A program made the translations under genes and the position numbers. Positions 46,878 to 55,917 of a stretch of 61,823 nt of DNA are shown one piece after another; positions within the stretch are counted from its first letter, which is position 1; every line of letters begins with the position of its first letter. Where the stretch lies: NCBI GenBank assembly GCA_905182145.1, contig CAJJAN010000002.1, positions 1 through 61,823 of the forward strand. The letters are read 5' to 3'. The notes under the pieces are model-generated. The model worked only from the letters and a program-made list of their open reading frames with translations. It was not told the origin of the DNA and ran no database searches. This stretch comes from an uncultured Pelagibacteraceae bacterium (lineage in GTDB: Bacteria; Pseudomonadota; Alphaproteobacteria; Pelagibacterales; AG-422-B15).

Positions 46878-47747
46878 TTAGGCTTCTTCAGTATTTTTAA
46901 ATTGGTCAATAATTTTGTAGGATACAAAAGTCAAAACAATTAACCCCCCAAACATCTCAGTAGTTCCTGGTATTTCACCTACACCTAACCAAGCCCAGAT
47001 TGGAGCTAGGACAGGTTCCATTAGTAAAAATAATGCAGCGCGATGAGGTGGAATATATCGTGAACCAATAGTAATTAGCATAAAGCCTATTCCAACTTGG
47101 AACGCACCCATAAAAAGGCATAACAATAAATCATGTGTTGAAATATCAAAATTAGCCATAAATATAAAACCAATTAATGAAGAAAAAACACCACCCAAAA
47201 AAGTTGCTGGCATAAAATCAATATGGGAGTTGTAATTTAAGATTGTTAATTGAAAAGCAAAACCAATAGGAACACCAAGTATTATAAAATTTCCAATATA
47301 ATTATTAGAATCCATACCACCTGAAAACATTACTGTTATGCCAATCATTGAACCTGCAATAGCAATAAAAGTTTTTTTCCCTATTTTACGCTTTAAAAAA
47401 AAATAAGAACAAATTGCCGCAAATAACGGCCCAGTACTCATTATGAATACAGCATTTGATACTGTAGTTGTGCTCATACCCCACACAAAGCATGTATTAC
47501 TAAAACCAAGGATGATTGCTATTAAAATTCCATTATAGCCAATATTGTGAAATGCTTCTGGCGTCTTCTTTTTATATTTAATAAAAACGTATAAAAGTAT
47601 TGCTAGGCTGAATGTGATAGATCTATATCCAGTTATTTGCCACGCTGAGGAAGACTCCATGAATCTTATAATTACACCACCAAAACTAAGAAATACTCCT
47701 GCAAATATTAATGCAAGAGCGCCGAGTGTTTCATTATTATATTTCAT
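46878..47747 (-). CDS. DMT/EamA-family transporter
   Basis: About 10 TM segments in two EamA repeats, LMEPVLAPIWAW..GE motif. Confidence 0.88.
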   Translation of the reverse strand: MKYNNETLGALALIFAGVFLSFGGVIIRFMESSSAWQITGYRSITFSLAILLYVFIKYKKKTPEAFHNIGYNGILIAIILGFSNTCFVWGMSTTTVSNAVFIMSTGPLFAAICSYFFLKRKIGKKTFIAIAGSMIGITVMFSGGMDSNNYIGNFIILGVPIGFAFQLTILNYNSHIDFMPATFLGGVFSSLIGFIFMANFDISTHDLLLCLFMGAFQVGIGFMLITIGSRYIPPHRAALFLLMEPVLAPIWAWLGVGEIPGTTEMFGGLIVLTFVSYKIIDQFKNTEEA

Positions 47748-47828
47748 TTAAATTACAATTATTGTAGCTTTAAGATCTATTAAAACTTAGCTCTAGTAAA
47801 TACATTTAATAATTTGGAAAGATATATC

Positions 47829-49535
47829 GTGCATAAAATATTACTGATTATAATACTTATGTTTTCAGCTGTTTCCTGTAGTGAGCAGCAGGCATCAAAC
47901 GAAAAAGAAAGAGGTTTAAGCACTGATCATGCTAAGGAATTTCAAAAAGAAATTATAAAAATCGAAGATAATATATATGTTGCAATTGGGTATGCTCTAG
48001 CCAACGTTATAATGATAGTTGGTGATTCAGAGAATGTAATAGTTGATACTACTGGTAGCGAAGAAGCAGCACAGATTGTAAAAAAAGAACTTAATAAAAT
48101 TTCAACAAATCCAGTTAATAATATTATTTATACTCATAATCATCCTGATCATATTGGTGGGGCTACAATCTTTGCGAGTAGTTTAGATGCAAATATTTAT
48201 GGTCAAGAAAATATACTTTATAATATTGATAATATTTCAACAATCATTCGGCCAATAATATATGAACGATCTGCACGTCAATTTGGAATTCCATTAGATA
48301 AAGAAGATATTGTTCACCAAGGTATAGGAGGTTTTTTAGAAATAAATGCTGATACTACTAGTGGCTTACTTCGTCCAAATGTTACTTTTGATAAGAGTCT
48401 AAATCTTAATATCAATAATATTCAAATAGAGTTAGGTCATGTTCCTGGAGAAACGGATGATCACTTGTATGTATATCTTCCTAAAAAAGAAGCTGTAATG
48501 GTAGGAGATAATTTTTACAGATCTTTTGCAAACTTATATGCAATAAGAGGTACCAAGTACAGAAATCCAATGGAATGGGTTTATAGTCTAGATAAAATTA
48601 GATCATTAAATGCAAAGTATTTAATACCAAGCCATAGTCGGCCTGTAGTCGGTAAAGAAAATGTATATAATGCTCTTACAGATTATAGGGATGCCATACA
48701 ATTTGTTCATGACCAAACTGTCAGATATATTAATAAAGGCCTTTTGCCAGATGAAATAGCGGCACAGATTGAATTGCCATCTCATTTACAGTCTTCACCT
48801 TACTTGCAAGAATTTTATGGTTCTATTAGTTCTTATGTTAGGTCAATTTTTGTTGGCTATATTGGTTGGTTTAACGGGAATATTACTACACTACATCCAC
48901 TGAGCGCAGAAGAGAAAGCAGCTAAAATGATTGAATTAGCAAATAAGCAAACAAATTTACATGAAGCTGCACAACTTGCATTAGACAATGGTGAGTATCA
49001 GTGGGCTATGGAGTTAACAGATTCACTAATCGCACTGAATAATGAAGATCAAAAAGCTAAAGATATAAAAGCTTATGCTGCAGATAAGTTTGCTTTAACA
49101 CAAACAGCTTCGAATGATTATTATTTTTATAAAACAGTGGCAGGCGAACTTAGAGGTGACTATGGAATATATTTTAGAGATATAAAAGCAACACCTAAGC
49201 AGCTTCAAGCTATACCTATGAAGTCAATTATAAAATCATTACCAGTAAATCTAAATGCAAAAAAGACATTAGACATCAATAAAAAAGTGATGTTTGAATT
49301 TTCTGATATTGATGATATTTTTGTTCTAAATATTCGTCGTGGTGTTGTTGAACTGGGCTATAGTCAGATTAGTGATGCAGACTTAATAGTTAAGACAAGC
49401 CAGCATGAATTAAAAGAGATATTAGCAGGGTTAAAGAATATAGCGCAAATTTCTCTAGCACTTACAGACGGCTCGATAGAAATTGAAGGTGGACGGCTCG
49501 ATTTTTTGAAAACTTTAAGTTATTTTACAGACTAG
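47829..49535 (+). CDS. Alkyl/aryl sulfatase (SdsA1/BDS1-type MBL hydrolase), probable lipoprotein
   Basis: YTHNHPDHIGG, PGETDD, NLYAIRGTKYR, PSHSRP, YIGWF, C-terminal SCP2-like domain; lipobox AVSC; GTG 47829 or TTG 47814 start. Confidence 0.88.
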   Translation: MHKILLIIILMFSAVSCSEQQASNEKERGLSTDHAKEFQKEIIKIEDNIYVAIGYALANVIMIVGDSENVIVDTTGSEEAAQIVKKELNKISTNPVNNIIYTHNHPDHIGGATIFASSLDANIYGQENILYNIDNISTIIRPIIYERSARQFGIPLDKEDIVHQGIGGFLEINADTTSGLLRPNVTFDKSLNLNINNIQIELGHVPGETDDHLYVYLPKKEAVMVGDNFYRSFANLYAIRGTKYRNPMEWVYSLDKIRSLNAKYLIPSHSRPVVGKENVYNALTDYRDAIQFVHDQTVRYINKGLLPDEIAAQIELPSHLQSSPYLQEFYGSISSYVRSIFVGYIGWFNGNITTLHPLSAEEKAAKMIELANKQTNLHEAAQLALDNGEYQWAMELTDSLIALNNEDQKAKDIKAYAADKFALTQTASNDYYFYKTVAGELRGDYGIYFRDIKATPKQLQAIPMKSIIKSLPVNLNAKKTLDINKKVMFEFSDIDDIFVLNIRRGVVELGYSQISDADLIVKTSQHELKEILAGLKNIAQISLALTDGSIEIEGGRLDFLKTLSYFTD

Positions 49536-49539
49536 ACAT

Positions 49540-49980
49540 ATGGGACAAAGATCATTTTTAATATTAGGAACACTGGGTTTAATTCCATTTGTCGTTATCT
49601 TTGCTGCATATTTTATTTCACCACCTGAAGAAAAAGTTTATGAATTTCTTATTTACTTATTTGTTGCTTATGCTGCAATAATTGCCTCATTTCTTGGAGG
49701 TATACAATGGGGTATGATTATCTCTAGGGCTGATTTACTATTTAATATTGGGTTTCCGCTTACAATGTCAGTTGTTCCTGCTCTTCTTGCATGGAGTGCA
49801 TTGCTTGTACTTCACTCATTAACTTTTTCTCTTATACTAATTATTGTTTCTTTTTTGTTTGCAACTGCAACTGATTTTTATCTGTATAATAAAAAAGCAA
49901 CTCCATATTGGTTTTTAAATATGCGGGTTCCCTTATCAGTATTAGTAGTTGTCTTAACTTTTATTCTATTGCTACAGTAA
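49540..49980 (+). CDS. DUF3429-family membrane protein
   Basis: LGTLGLIPF and YAAIIASFLGGIQWG motifs; hydrophobic. Confidence 0.75.
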   Translation: MGQRSFLILGTLGLIPFVVIFAAYFISPPEEKVYEFLIYLFVAYAAIIASFLGGIQWGMIISRADLLFNIGFPLTMSVVPALLAWSALLVLHSLTFSLILIIVSFLFATATDFYLYNKKATPYWFLNMRVPLSVLVVVLTFILLLQ

Positions 49981-49985
49981 AATAA

Positions 49986-51209
49986 CTAAAAATAAAGTCG
50001 CTGTAGAAACCAATAAAAACCAAGGCCAGAAACTAAAATCATTGAAGTTTTTACTAGATACTCATACTTTTCCGATTTTAAAATTTTATATAAGAACGAT
50101 GTAAGCCCTATCAATATAAATAAAAATACAATTTGTCCTATTTCAACGCCTACATTAAATCCAAATAAAGCACTTAAAATATTAGATTGATTAAAATTAG
50201 AATTAAATAAAAATGCACCAAAGCCAAAGCCATGAATTAATCCAAATAAGCTAGTAACTATTATTCTAAAGACTCCACTATTTTTAATTGTTCTTATTAT
50301 TCCAAAATATCCAACTGTTACCAGTATTAATGCAGCAATTGTTATCATTGAAATAGGTATTTCTAAAAATAATGAGCTTAAGCCAACAAAAACTAGAATC
50401 GCTATTAAAATACTTAATATTGCATTGGATGAACCAGTATCTTTGATCATATATTCAGCGGCAATAAATAAAATTGTAAACCCAATAAGAGCTTCAATCA
50501 TTAAAGTATTGGGTATAACAATGTTTAAGGCAACCAGTGCAAGGGTAATACTATGTCCAATAGTGAAACCCGTAATCACAAACAATAATTGTTTAAAGTT
50601 TTTAACAAGAATAAATAAACCTAACAAAAATACGAGATGGTCCAGACCAGTTAAAATATGAATTATTCCAGAATAAATAAAGTTGCTTAAGCTAGATAAG
50701 AAATTAGTTTCTTCACTTTCACTTAATTTTTCCAGCAATACTGTTTGATCATTATAAAATAAAGCTTTTTCAAAAATCTGATTATCTTTTTTTATTCTAC
50801 TTAAATGCACATGACTTTGTGCAATATCAAATAGTACATTGTTAATTATCTTAATTGAATTTGAAGCATCGCATAAATATGAAAACTCAATAGTGTGATA
50901 TTCTTTTTTACCAGCTACTAATGTTGGTTGCGTGTCAATCGAGCATTTATTACCTGAATTTAACACTGATATTCTTGGTTTAAAATATTCTAAGAAAACC
51001 TCACCTTCTGATAACTTTTCTTCTTTTCCAAGCTCTTGAAAACTATCAATCTGTAGTACTCGAGTTGCTTCTAATTTTAAGATAGTGAAAGTTGCAGAAA
51101 TTTTATTATTAACAATATTCCAGTTTGAATAAGATTCGCTAAAATAATGCGCAGAACTGATATTACTAAATATAATTAATATTAAAGATAAGAAAAAAAC
51201 TTTTCTCAT
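49986..51209 (-). CDS. HupE/UreJ-family membrane protein with N-terminal periplasmic domain
   Basis: Signal peptide ending SSA|H; GIIHILTGLDHLVF, GFTIGHSITL, FGLIHGFGF, FNVGVEIGQ. Confidence 0.85.
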   Translation of the reverse strand: MRKVFFLSLILIIFSNISSAHYFSESYSNWNIVNNKISATFTILKLEATRVLQIDSFQELGKEEKLSEGEVFLEYFKPRISVLNSGNKCSIDTQPTLVAGKKEYHTIEFSYLCDASNSIKIINNVLFDIAQSHVHLSRIKKDNQIFEKALFYNDQTVLLEKLSESEETNFLSSLSNFIYSGIIHILTGLDHLVFLLGLFILVKNFKQLLFVITGFTIGHSITLALVALNIVIPNTLMIEALIGFTILFIAAEYMIKDTGSSNAILSILIAILVFVGLSSLFLEIPISMITIAALILVTVGYFGIIRTIKNSGVFRIIVTSLFGLIHGFGFGAFLFNSNFNQSNILSALFGFNVGVEIGQIVFLFILIGLTSFLYKILKSEKYEYLVKTSMILVSGLGFYWFLQRLYF

Positions 51210-52102
51210 TCTAGTTCATATTTAGTTATTGAAGCTCTTGATTTTAAAAAATCTATATATTCAAGAAAAGATTGGTCATCTTGATAATTCTTATAATCAA
51301 ATAATACTTGTTCTTTAAAATCATTAAAATTTGTATCATTTATTTGGGTTTGCTTTAATTCATTCATTTGTAAAATATAAAAACCATTATTATAAAAAAT
51401 TGGTTCACTGATAGACCCTGAACTCATTTCTTTTATATTTTTACAATTACTAGGTCCTAAATATTTAACACAGTCTTTATATTTCATAAATTGTTCAGGT
51501 ATTGGTAAAAATTGAGAATTAGAAAATAATTTTTTTGCAGATTTAAAATCATTTGTATTTATATAATTTTGAATTGTATCTAATTTGTCTTGATGTAGCT
51601 GTAAATCATAATCACTACCCAACATTGCCGAATCTTGACTTTGAGATTTAATAAAAATAGCATCTATTTTGAATTCAACTTCAGATTTATATCTACCAAT
51701 ATTATCTTTAAAATAATTTTGTAAAATATCATCAGATGGATTTGAATTATTTAATTGGAGTATAAATTCTATAATTTGTTCAATTAGGACTTTTCGTACT
51801 TGAATATCTTGTTGGTGTAATTTTAATTCAATGGCTCGTTGCACAAGAAGTTCTTCTTCAATCATTCTTTCAAGAACCAAATTAATTAATTCCTGATCTT
51901 TATCAGCCTTAAAATCAGCACCCAAAGTAACCGCATATTTTAAAAACTGATCTTCATTGATGTACTGATCATTTACTTTGGCTATAGCATTATTATTTGA
52001 AAAAGATTTATCACTTTGACTATAAAAAATATCAAACCCTAAAATCAATAATCCAATTATTAGTGAGGTTAAAAAGAGGTAAAAGTTTTTATTATCAGGC
52101 AT
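51206..52102 (-). CDS. Membrane-anchored SurA-N/parvulin-like chaperone (PPIase-like)
   Basis: N-terminal TM, IAKVNDQYI, LERMIEEELLVQRAIEL, ISEPIFYNNGFYIL; stop overlaps the hupE-like start (ATGA). Confidence 0.7.
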   Translation of the reverse strand: MPDNKNFYLFLTSLIIGLLILGFDIFYSQSDKSFSNNNAIAKVNDQYINEDQFLKYAVTLGADFKADKDQELINLVLERMIEEELLVQRAIELKLHQQDIQVRKVLIEQIIEFILQLNNSNPSDDILQNYFKDNIGRYKSEVEFKIDAIFIKSQSQDSAMLGSDYDLQLHQDKLDTIQNYINTNDFKSAKKLFSNSQFLPIPEQFMKYKDCVKYLGPSNCKNIKEMSSGSISEPIFYNNGFYILQMNELKQTQINDTNFNDFKEQVLFDYKNYQDDQSFLEYIDFLKSRASITKYELE

Positions 52103-52162
52103 TTATTTGATTTACATTTAAAGTTTATCATATAGCCTTATTTTTATAAAAATTAGGACATT

Positions 52163-54547
52163 ATGAGCATAAAACGTATCATTTTATATTTTGTATCGCT
52201 AGTCCTGTTGTTTATTTTTTCAGTCCTATTTGTTATTAATTTTACATTATTTAGTGAAGATCTCGGGCCAGGAGAAATAACTGGAGCTGCTAATTCAAAT
52301 GAGTTTATAGAAGATAAATTTGATAGACAAAGTGTTGCAAAAAATGATCTTGATGTTTCATTAAGTAAACAAATTTTATTTGGTGACTTACATGTTCACT
52401 CTACATTTTCTGCTGATGCGCACCAAGGCAATTTACCAATTGTAGGTGGAACAGGTGTCCATCCAGTTGCTGATGCGTGTGATTTTGCTCGGCATTGTTC
52501 AGCTCTAGATTTTTGGGCTATAACTGATCACGCAGAGGCATCAACTCCAAAGCGATGGCAAGAAACAAAAGAGACAGTTAGAAAATGTAACGCTCTATCA
52601 ATAGATAAAGAAAATCCAGACTGTGTGGCTTTTCTTGGTTGGGAATGGACGCAAGTAGGGGCTACTAGGAATACCCACTGGGGACATCATAATGTAATTC
52701 TTAAAGATGAAGCAGATGAATTGCTACCCCCAAGAGCAATTGCCTCTAAAAGTGTAGCACGGGACGCTCTGCTAAATAATGCACCCGAGTATCCAAATTC
52801 ATTATTTCCATTAATAGATATTAAAAACTTTAAAAACTATAATGATTTTAGAAGGTATATTTCTGAAACAAAAAAAGTTCCAATATGTCCTGAAAATATT
52901 CCATCAAAAGAGTTGCCACTTAATTGTCATGAGGAAGCAGTTACACCACTCTCTCTAGCTAATAAAGTAGAAGAATATACAAAAGATTATTTAATTATAC
53001 CACATGGACAAACCTGGGGATTTTATACACCAAAAGCATATACACTTGATAAAGGTTTAGAACTTTCAAAACAGTATCCACAGCAGTTTGATCTTCTAGA
53101 AATGCATTCAGGTCATGGTAACTCAGAAGAATATAGATCTTGGAGAGCTGCAACCGTTGTACGAGAAGGCGAAACAATCTTAGATAGGTTTTTTGGTCTA
53201 CAAGACGGACGTGCAGATCTTACAAGTGGAACTTTTAAAGATAAAGAAGGGCGAATATTTGACATTGGTACTCAAACTTGTCCAAAAGCCACAGATGAGT
53301 TTACACCAATATGTTCTAGAGCAGGAGAAGTAATTTTTAATCGATGTATAAATGCAGGCTTTGAAATTACAGAGTGTGAAGTTCGTAGAAAGTATACTGA
53401 GCAAGCAGTTGTAGATAGAGGAAGAAATGGATGGCAGGTTGTTCCGCATTTCAGTCTTTTGGATCGTGTTGATTCAGGGCAATGTAAGGACTGCTTTAGT
53501 CCTGCATTTAATTATGTGCCTGGCGGTAGCGCTCAATATGGCATGGCTTTGACAAAATTTAATGAAGATGGCTCAAAACACCGTTTTAAATATGGATTTA
53601 TTTCATCAAGTGACAATCATCAGGCTGCACCAGGTTCAGGCTATAAAGAATTATTTGGAAATAATATTGATTTTAGTGGTCCCTCATCAAAGTTTACTGA
53701 CAAGCTTCTGCATGGACCATCATACGACTTACAAGATAGAGACTATGTAGATCCAGTTAGAGCAAACTATGTATCAGACGATAAGCCAATTGAATATGAA
53801 ACGTCTGACATTAAATTGGGCTTTAACACTATTGAGTTTGAAAGACAAAGAGGCTTTTTGCAAACTGGAGGGTTAGCAGCAGTGCATACAGAAGGTCGTT
53901 CAAAAGAACAAATTTGGAGTGCTTTCAAGCGTCATGAAACTTATGCAACAAGTGGACCTCGAATATTACTTTGGTTTGATATGCTTGATGGAAACAAAAA
54001 AATTCCAATGGGTGCAGTAACAGAGCAAAACACTAATCCAACTTTTGAAGTAAAAGCAATGGGTTCATTTGAGCAAAAGGTTGGATGCCCTGAAGATGCT
54101 TATACAGCGCTTGGTACTGAGCGAGTTGAGCAACTTTGTTATGATGAATGTTATAACCCAAGCGATGTAAGAAAAGCCATCACTCGAATAGAGGTTGTTC
54201 GTGTAATGCCACAAGAATATGAAAACCAATCAGTGGAAGATCGAATTCAAGACCCATGGTTAGTACATAACTGTCCTGAAAACCAAGTAGGCTGCAAATT
54301 TAATTTTACTGATAATGAATTTGAATCTTCTAAAATTGATACAAGTTATTATGTAAGGGCAATTGAAGAACCATCGCTTCAGATTAATACTAAAGGTGTT
54401 CGCTGTGAGCGTGACGCCGAGGGTAATTGCATTAGTGTTGATATTTGTACGCAAGACTGGAGACGACCTAGAGATGTTGAGGCTTGTTCAGAAATAGATG
54501 AGCCAAGAGCTTGGTCATCACCAATATATATTGATTATAAATATTAG
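52163..54547 (+). CDS. DUF3604-family PHP-like metallohydrolase, Cys-rich, N-terminally anchored
   Basis: FGDLHVHS, LDFWAITDHAE, GWEWT, HHNVI, IPHG, HGNSE, SSDNH, ETYATSGPRI, YYVRAIEEP, RAWSSPI. Confidence 0.82.
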   Translation: MSIKRIILYFVSLVLLFIFSVLFVINFTLFSEDLGPGEITGAANSNEFIEDKFDRQSVAKNDLDVSLSKQILFGDLHVHSTFSADAHQGNLPIVGGTGVHPVADACDFARHCSALDFWAITDHAEASTPKRWQETKETVRKCNALSIDKENPDCVAFLGWEWTQVGATRNTHWGHHNVILKDEADELLPPRAIASKSVARDALLNNAPEYPNSLFPLIDIKNFKNYNDFRRYISETKKVPICPENIPSKELPLNCHEEAVTPLSLANKVEEYTKDYLIIPHGQTWGFYTPKAYTLDKGLELSKQYPQQFDLLEMHSGHGNSEEYRSWRAATVVREGETILDRFFGLQDGRADLTSGTFKDKEGRIFDIGTQTCPKATDEFTPICSRAGEVIFNRCINAGFEITECEVRRKYTEQAVVDRGRNGWQVVPHFSLLDRVDSGQCKDCFSPAFNYVPGGSAQYGMALTKFNEDGSKHRFKYGFISSSDNHQAAPGSGYKELFGNNIDFSGPSSKFTDKLLHGPSYDLQDRDYVDPVRANYVSDDKPIEYETSDIKLGFNTIEFERQRGFLQTGGLAAVHTEGRSKEQIWSAFKRHETYATSGPRILLWFDMLDGNKKIPMGAVTEQNTNPTFEVKAMGSFEQKVGCPEDAYTALGTERVEQLCYDECYNPSDVRKAITRIEVVRVMPQEYENQSVEDRIQDPWLVHNCPENQVGCKFNFTDNEFESSKIDTSYYVRAIEEPSLQINTKGVRCERDAEGNCISVDICTQDWRRPRDVEACSEIDEPRAWSSPIYIDYKY

Positions 54548-54623
54548 TTACAATTTTTATTCTTGATTATAAATAAATAAATTATTATAAATAAAATATG
54601 GAAATATTAGTTACAATTTTTAT
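54539..54623 (+). repeat. 22-bp perfect direct repeat (54539-54560 and 54602-54623)
   Basis: AAATATTAGTTACAATTTTTAT twice, 63 bp apart; also TTGATTATAAATA at 54531-54543 and 54563-54575. Confidence 0.9.
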
Positions 54624-55425
54624 AGTAATTATTTTTATTTTATTAATGCCAAAAATCTTAAGATTCTTTGGCTTGCATCCAGAATATTATGGAAAATCTC
54701 ATAGTTTACCTGGAAAAAAAGCTCTAATAATTGCTACCAATCAAGCAGAGTTGAATAAGCCAGGAAAAACTGGAGGCAAGGCAACAGGCGCATTTTTATC
54801 TGAAATAACTGTGGCTTATTATGATTTTCTAGATGCTTCGATGCATGTAGATGTAGCAAGTATTAAGGGAGGTAAAATCCCTATTGAGCCTCAGTCTTTG
54901 TCTTATTTTATAAAAACCACAGCAGATAAAAGATTTTTAAAAGATGTGGAATTAAGAAAAAAAATTGAAAATTCACGAGCAATTGCAGATGTTGATTTTA
55001 CAGCTTATGACATTATTTTTTTAGCTGGTGGTTGGGGTGCTGCTTACGATTTAGGTTATTCAGACGAACTTGGGCAAAAAATAAGTGATGCATATTATAC
55101 AGATAAAACAATAATAGGAGGTGTCTGTCATGGGCCTCTTGGGCTAATAAGAGCTAAAGATAAGGATGGAAACTTATTAATTGCAGGACGTAGAATGACA
55201 GCTGTGACTGATAAACAAATTAAACAATTACTTATCACTGCTACACCGCAGCATCCAGAAACTGAACTGCGAAAAGCTGGCGCGCTATTTGAATCTCAAT
55301 CAAAACTCATTGACATGTTTGCAACTCATGCTGTTGTGGATGATGAGAAAAGATTTGTTACTGGTCAAAACCAAAACTCAGGGCATGAAACAGCCCATAA
55401 GATGATGGAATTAATAGAAAATTAG
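54598..55425 (+). CDS. DJ-1/PfpI (Hsp31-like) family protein with N-terminal hydrophobic anchor
   Basis: GAFLSEITVAY (Glu), AGGWGAAYDL, GVCHGP (nucleophilic Cys-His), VTGQNQNS. Confidence 0.85.
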   Translation: MEILVTIFIVIIFILLMPKILRFFGLHPEYYGKSHSLPGKKALIIATNQAELNKPGKTGGKATGAFLSEITVAYYDFLDASMHVDVASIKGGKIPIEPQSLSYFIKTTADKRFLKDVELRKKIENSRAIADVDFTAYDIIFLAGGWGAAYDLGYSDELGQKISDAYYTDKTIIGGVCHGPLGLIRAKDKDGNLLIAGRRMTAVTDKQIKQLLITATPQHPETELRKAGALFESQSKLIDMFATHAVVDDEKRFVTGQNQNSGHETAHKMMELIEN

Positions 55426-55432
55426 TAGGCTG

Positions 55433-55783
55433 TTAAATAAATTCTGCAACAGCATCAATTCCATGTTCACCAGTTCTAATTCGATAAACTTCTTCTAATT
55501 CAGATACTAAAATTTTACCATCGCCAATTTGTCCAGTTCTCGCAGTTTGCATGATAACTTGAATAATTTTTTCATATAATTGATTTGTAGTTGCAATTTC
55601 AATTCTTAACTTAGGCAAAAATGATACATCATACTCTTCTCCACGATATAATTCTGATTGTCCTTTTTGTCGACCATATCCACGAGACTCAGTAACAGAC
55701 ATACCTTGAACACCTATATCTTCTAAGGCTTTTCTCACTTCATATAATTTGAAGGGCTTTATAAATGCAGTTATTTTTTTCAT
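55433..55783 (-). CDS. glnK: Nitrogen regulatory protein PII (GlnK/GlnB family)
   Basis: IKPFKL, GYGRQKG..ELYRG.EY51, FLPK58, TGQIGDGKI, RIRTGE; named glnK only from linkage to amt. Confidence 0.85.
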   Translation of the reverse strand: MKKITAFIKPFKLYEVRKALEDIGVQGMSVTESRGYGRQKGQSELYRGEEYDVSFLPKLRIEIATTNQLYEKIIQVIMQTARTGQIGDGKILVSELEEVYRIRTGEHGIDAVAEFI

Positions 55784-55917
55784 TTTTATTAATATATTTA
55801 TAAAAATAATTAATACTAAAAAATAATAGTGACAACATGGCAGATAAAGACAATTGAGAATGAAAACTTTTACAGTGATATTAATTTTATTAGTAAATTA
55901 ATTAACGGAGAAAAAAA

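Noticed and set aside
47755-47767. TACAAT-T-ATTGTA dyad between the DMT and sulfatase genes
   Set aside because: Only 6-bp AT-rich arms; too weak without comparative support.
54531-54623. CRISPR mini-array
   Set aside because: Only two copies, both overlapping coding sequence, no dyad structure and no cas genes.
55784-55917. Sigma54 promoter or NtrC sites for PII/amt1
   Set aside because: TGGCAGATAAAGACA lacks the -12 GC at the required spacing; no TGCAC-N-GTGCA dyad was seen.
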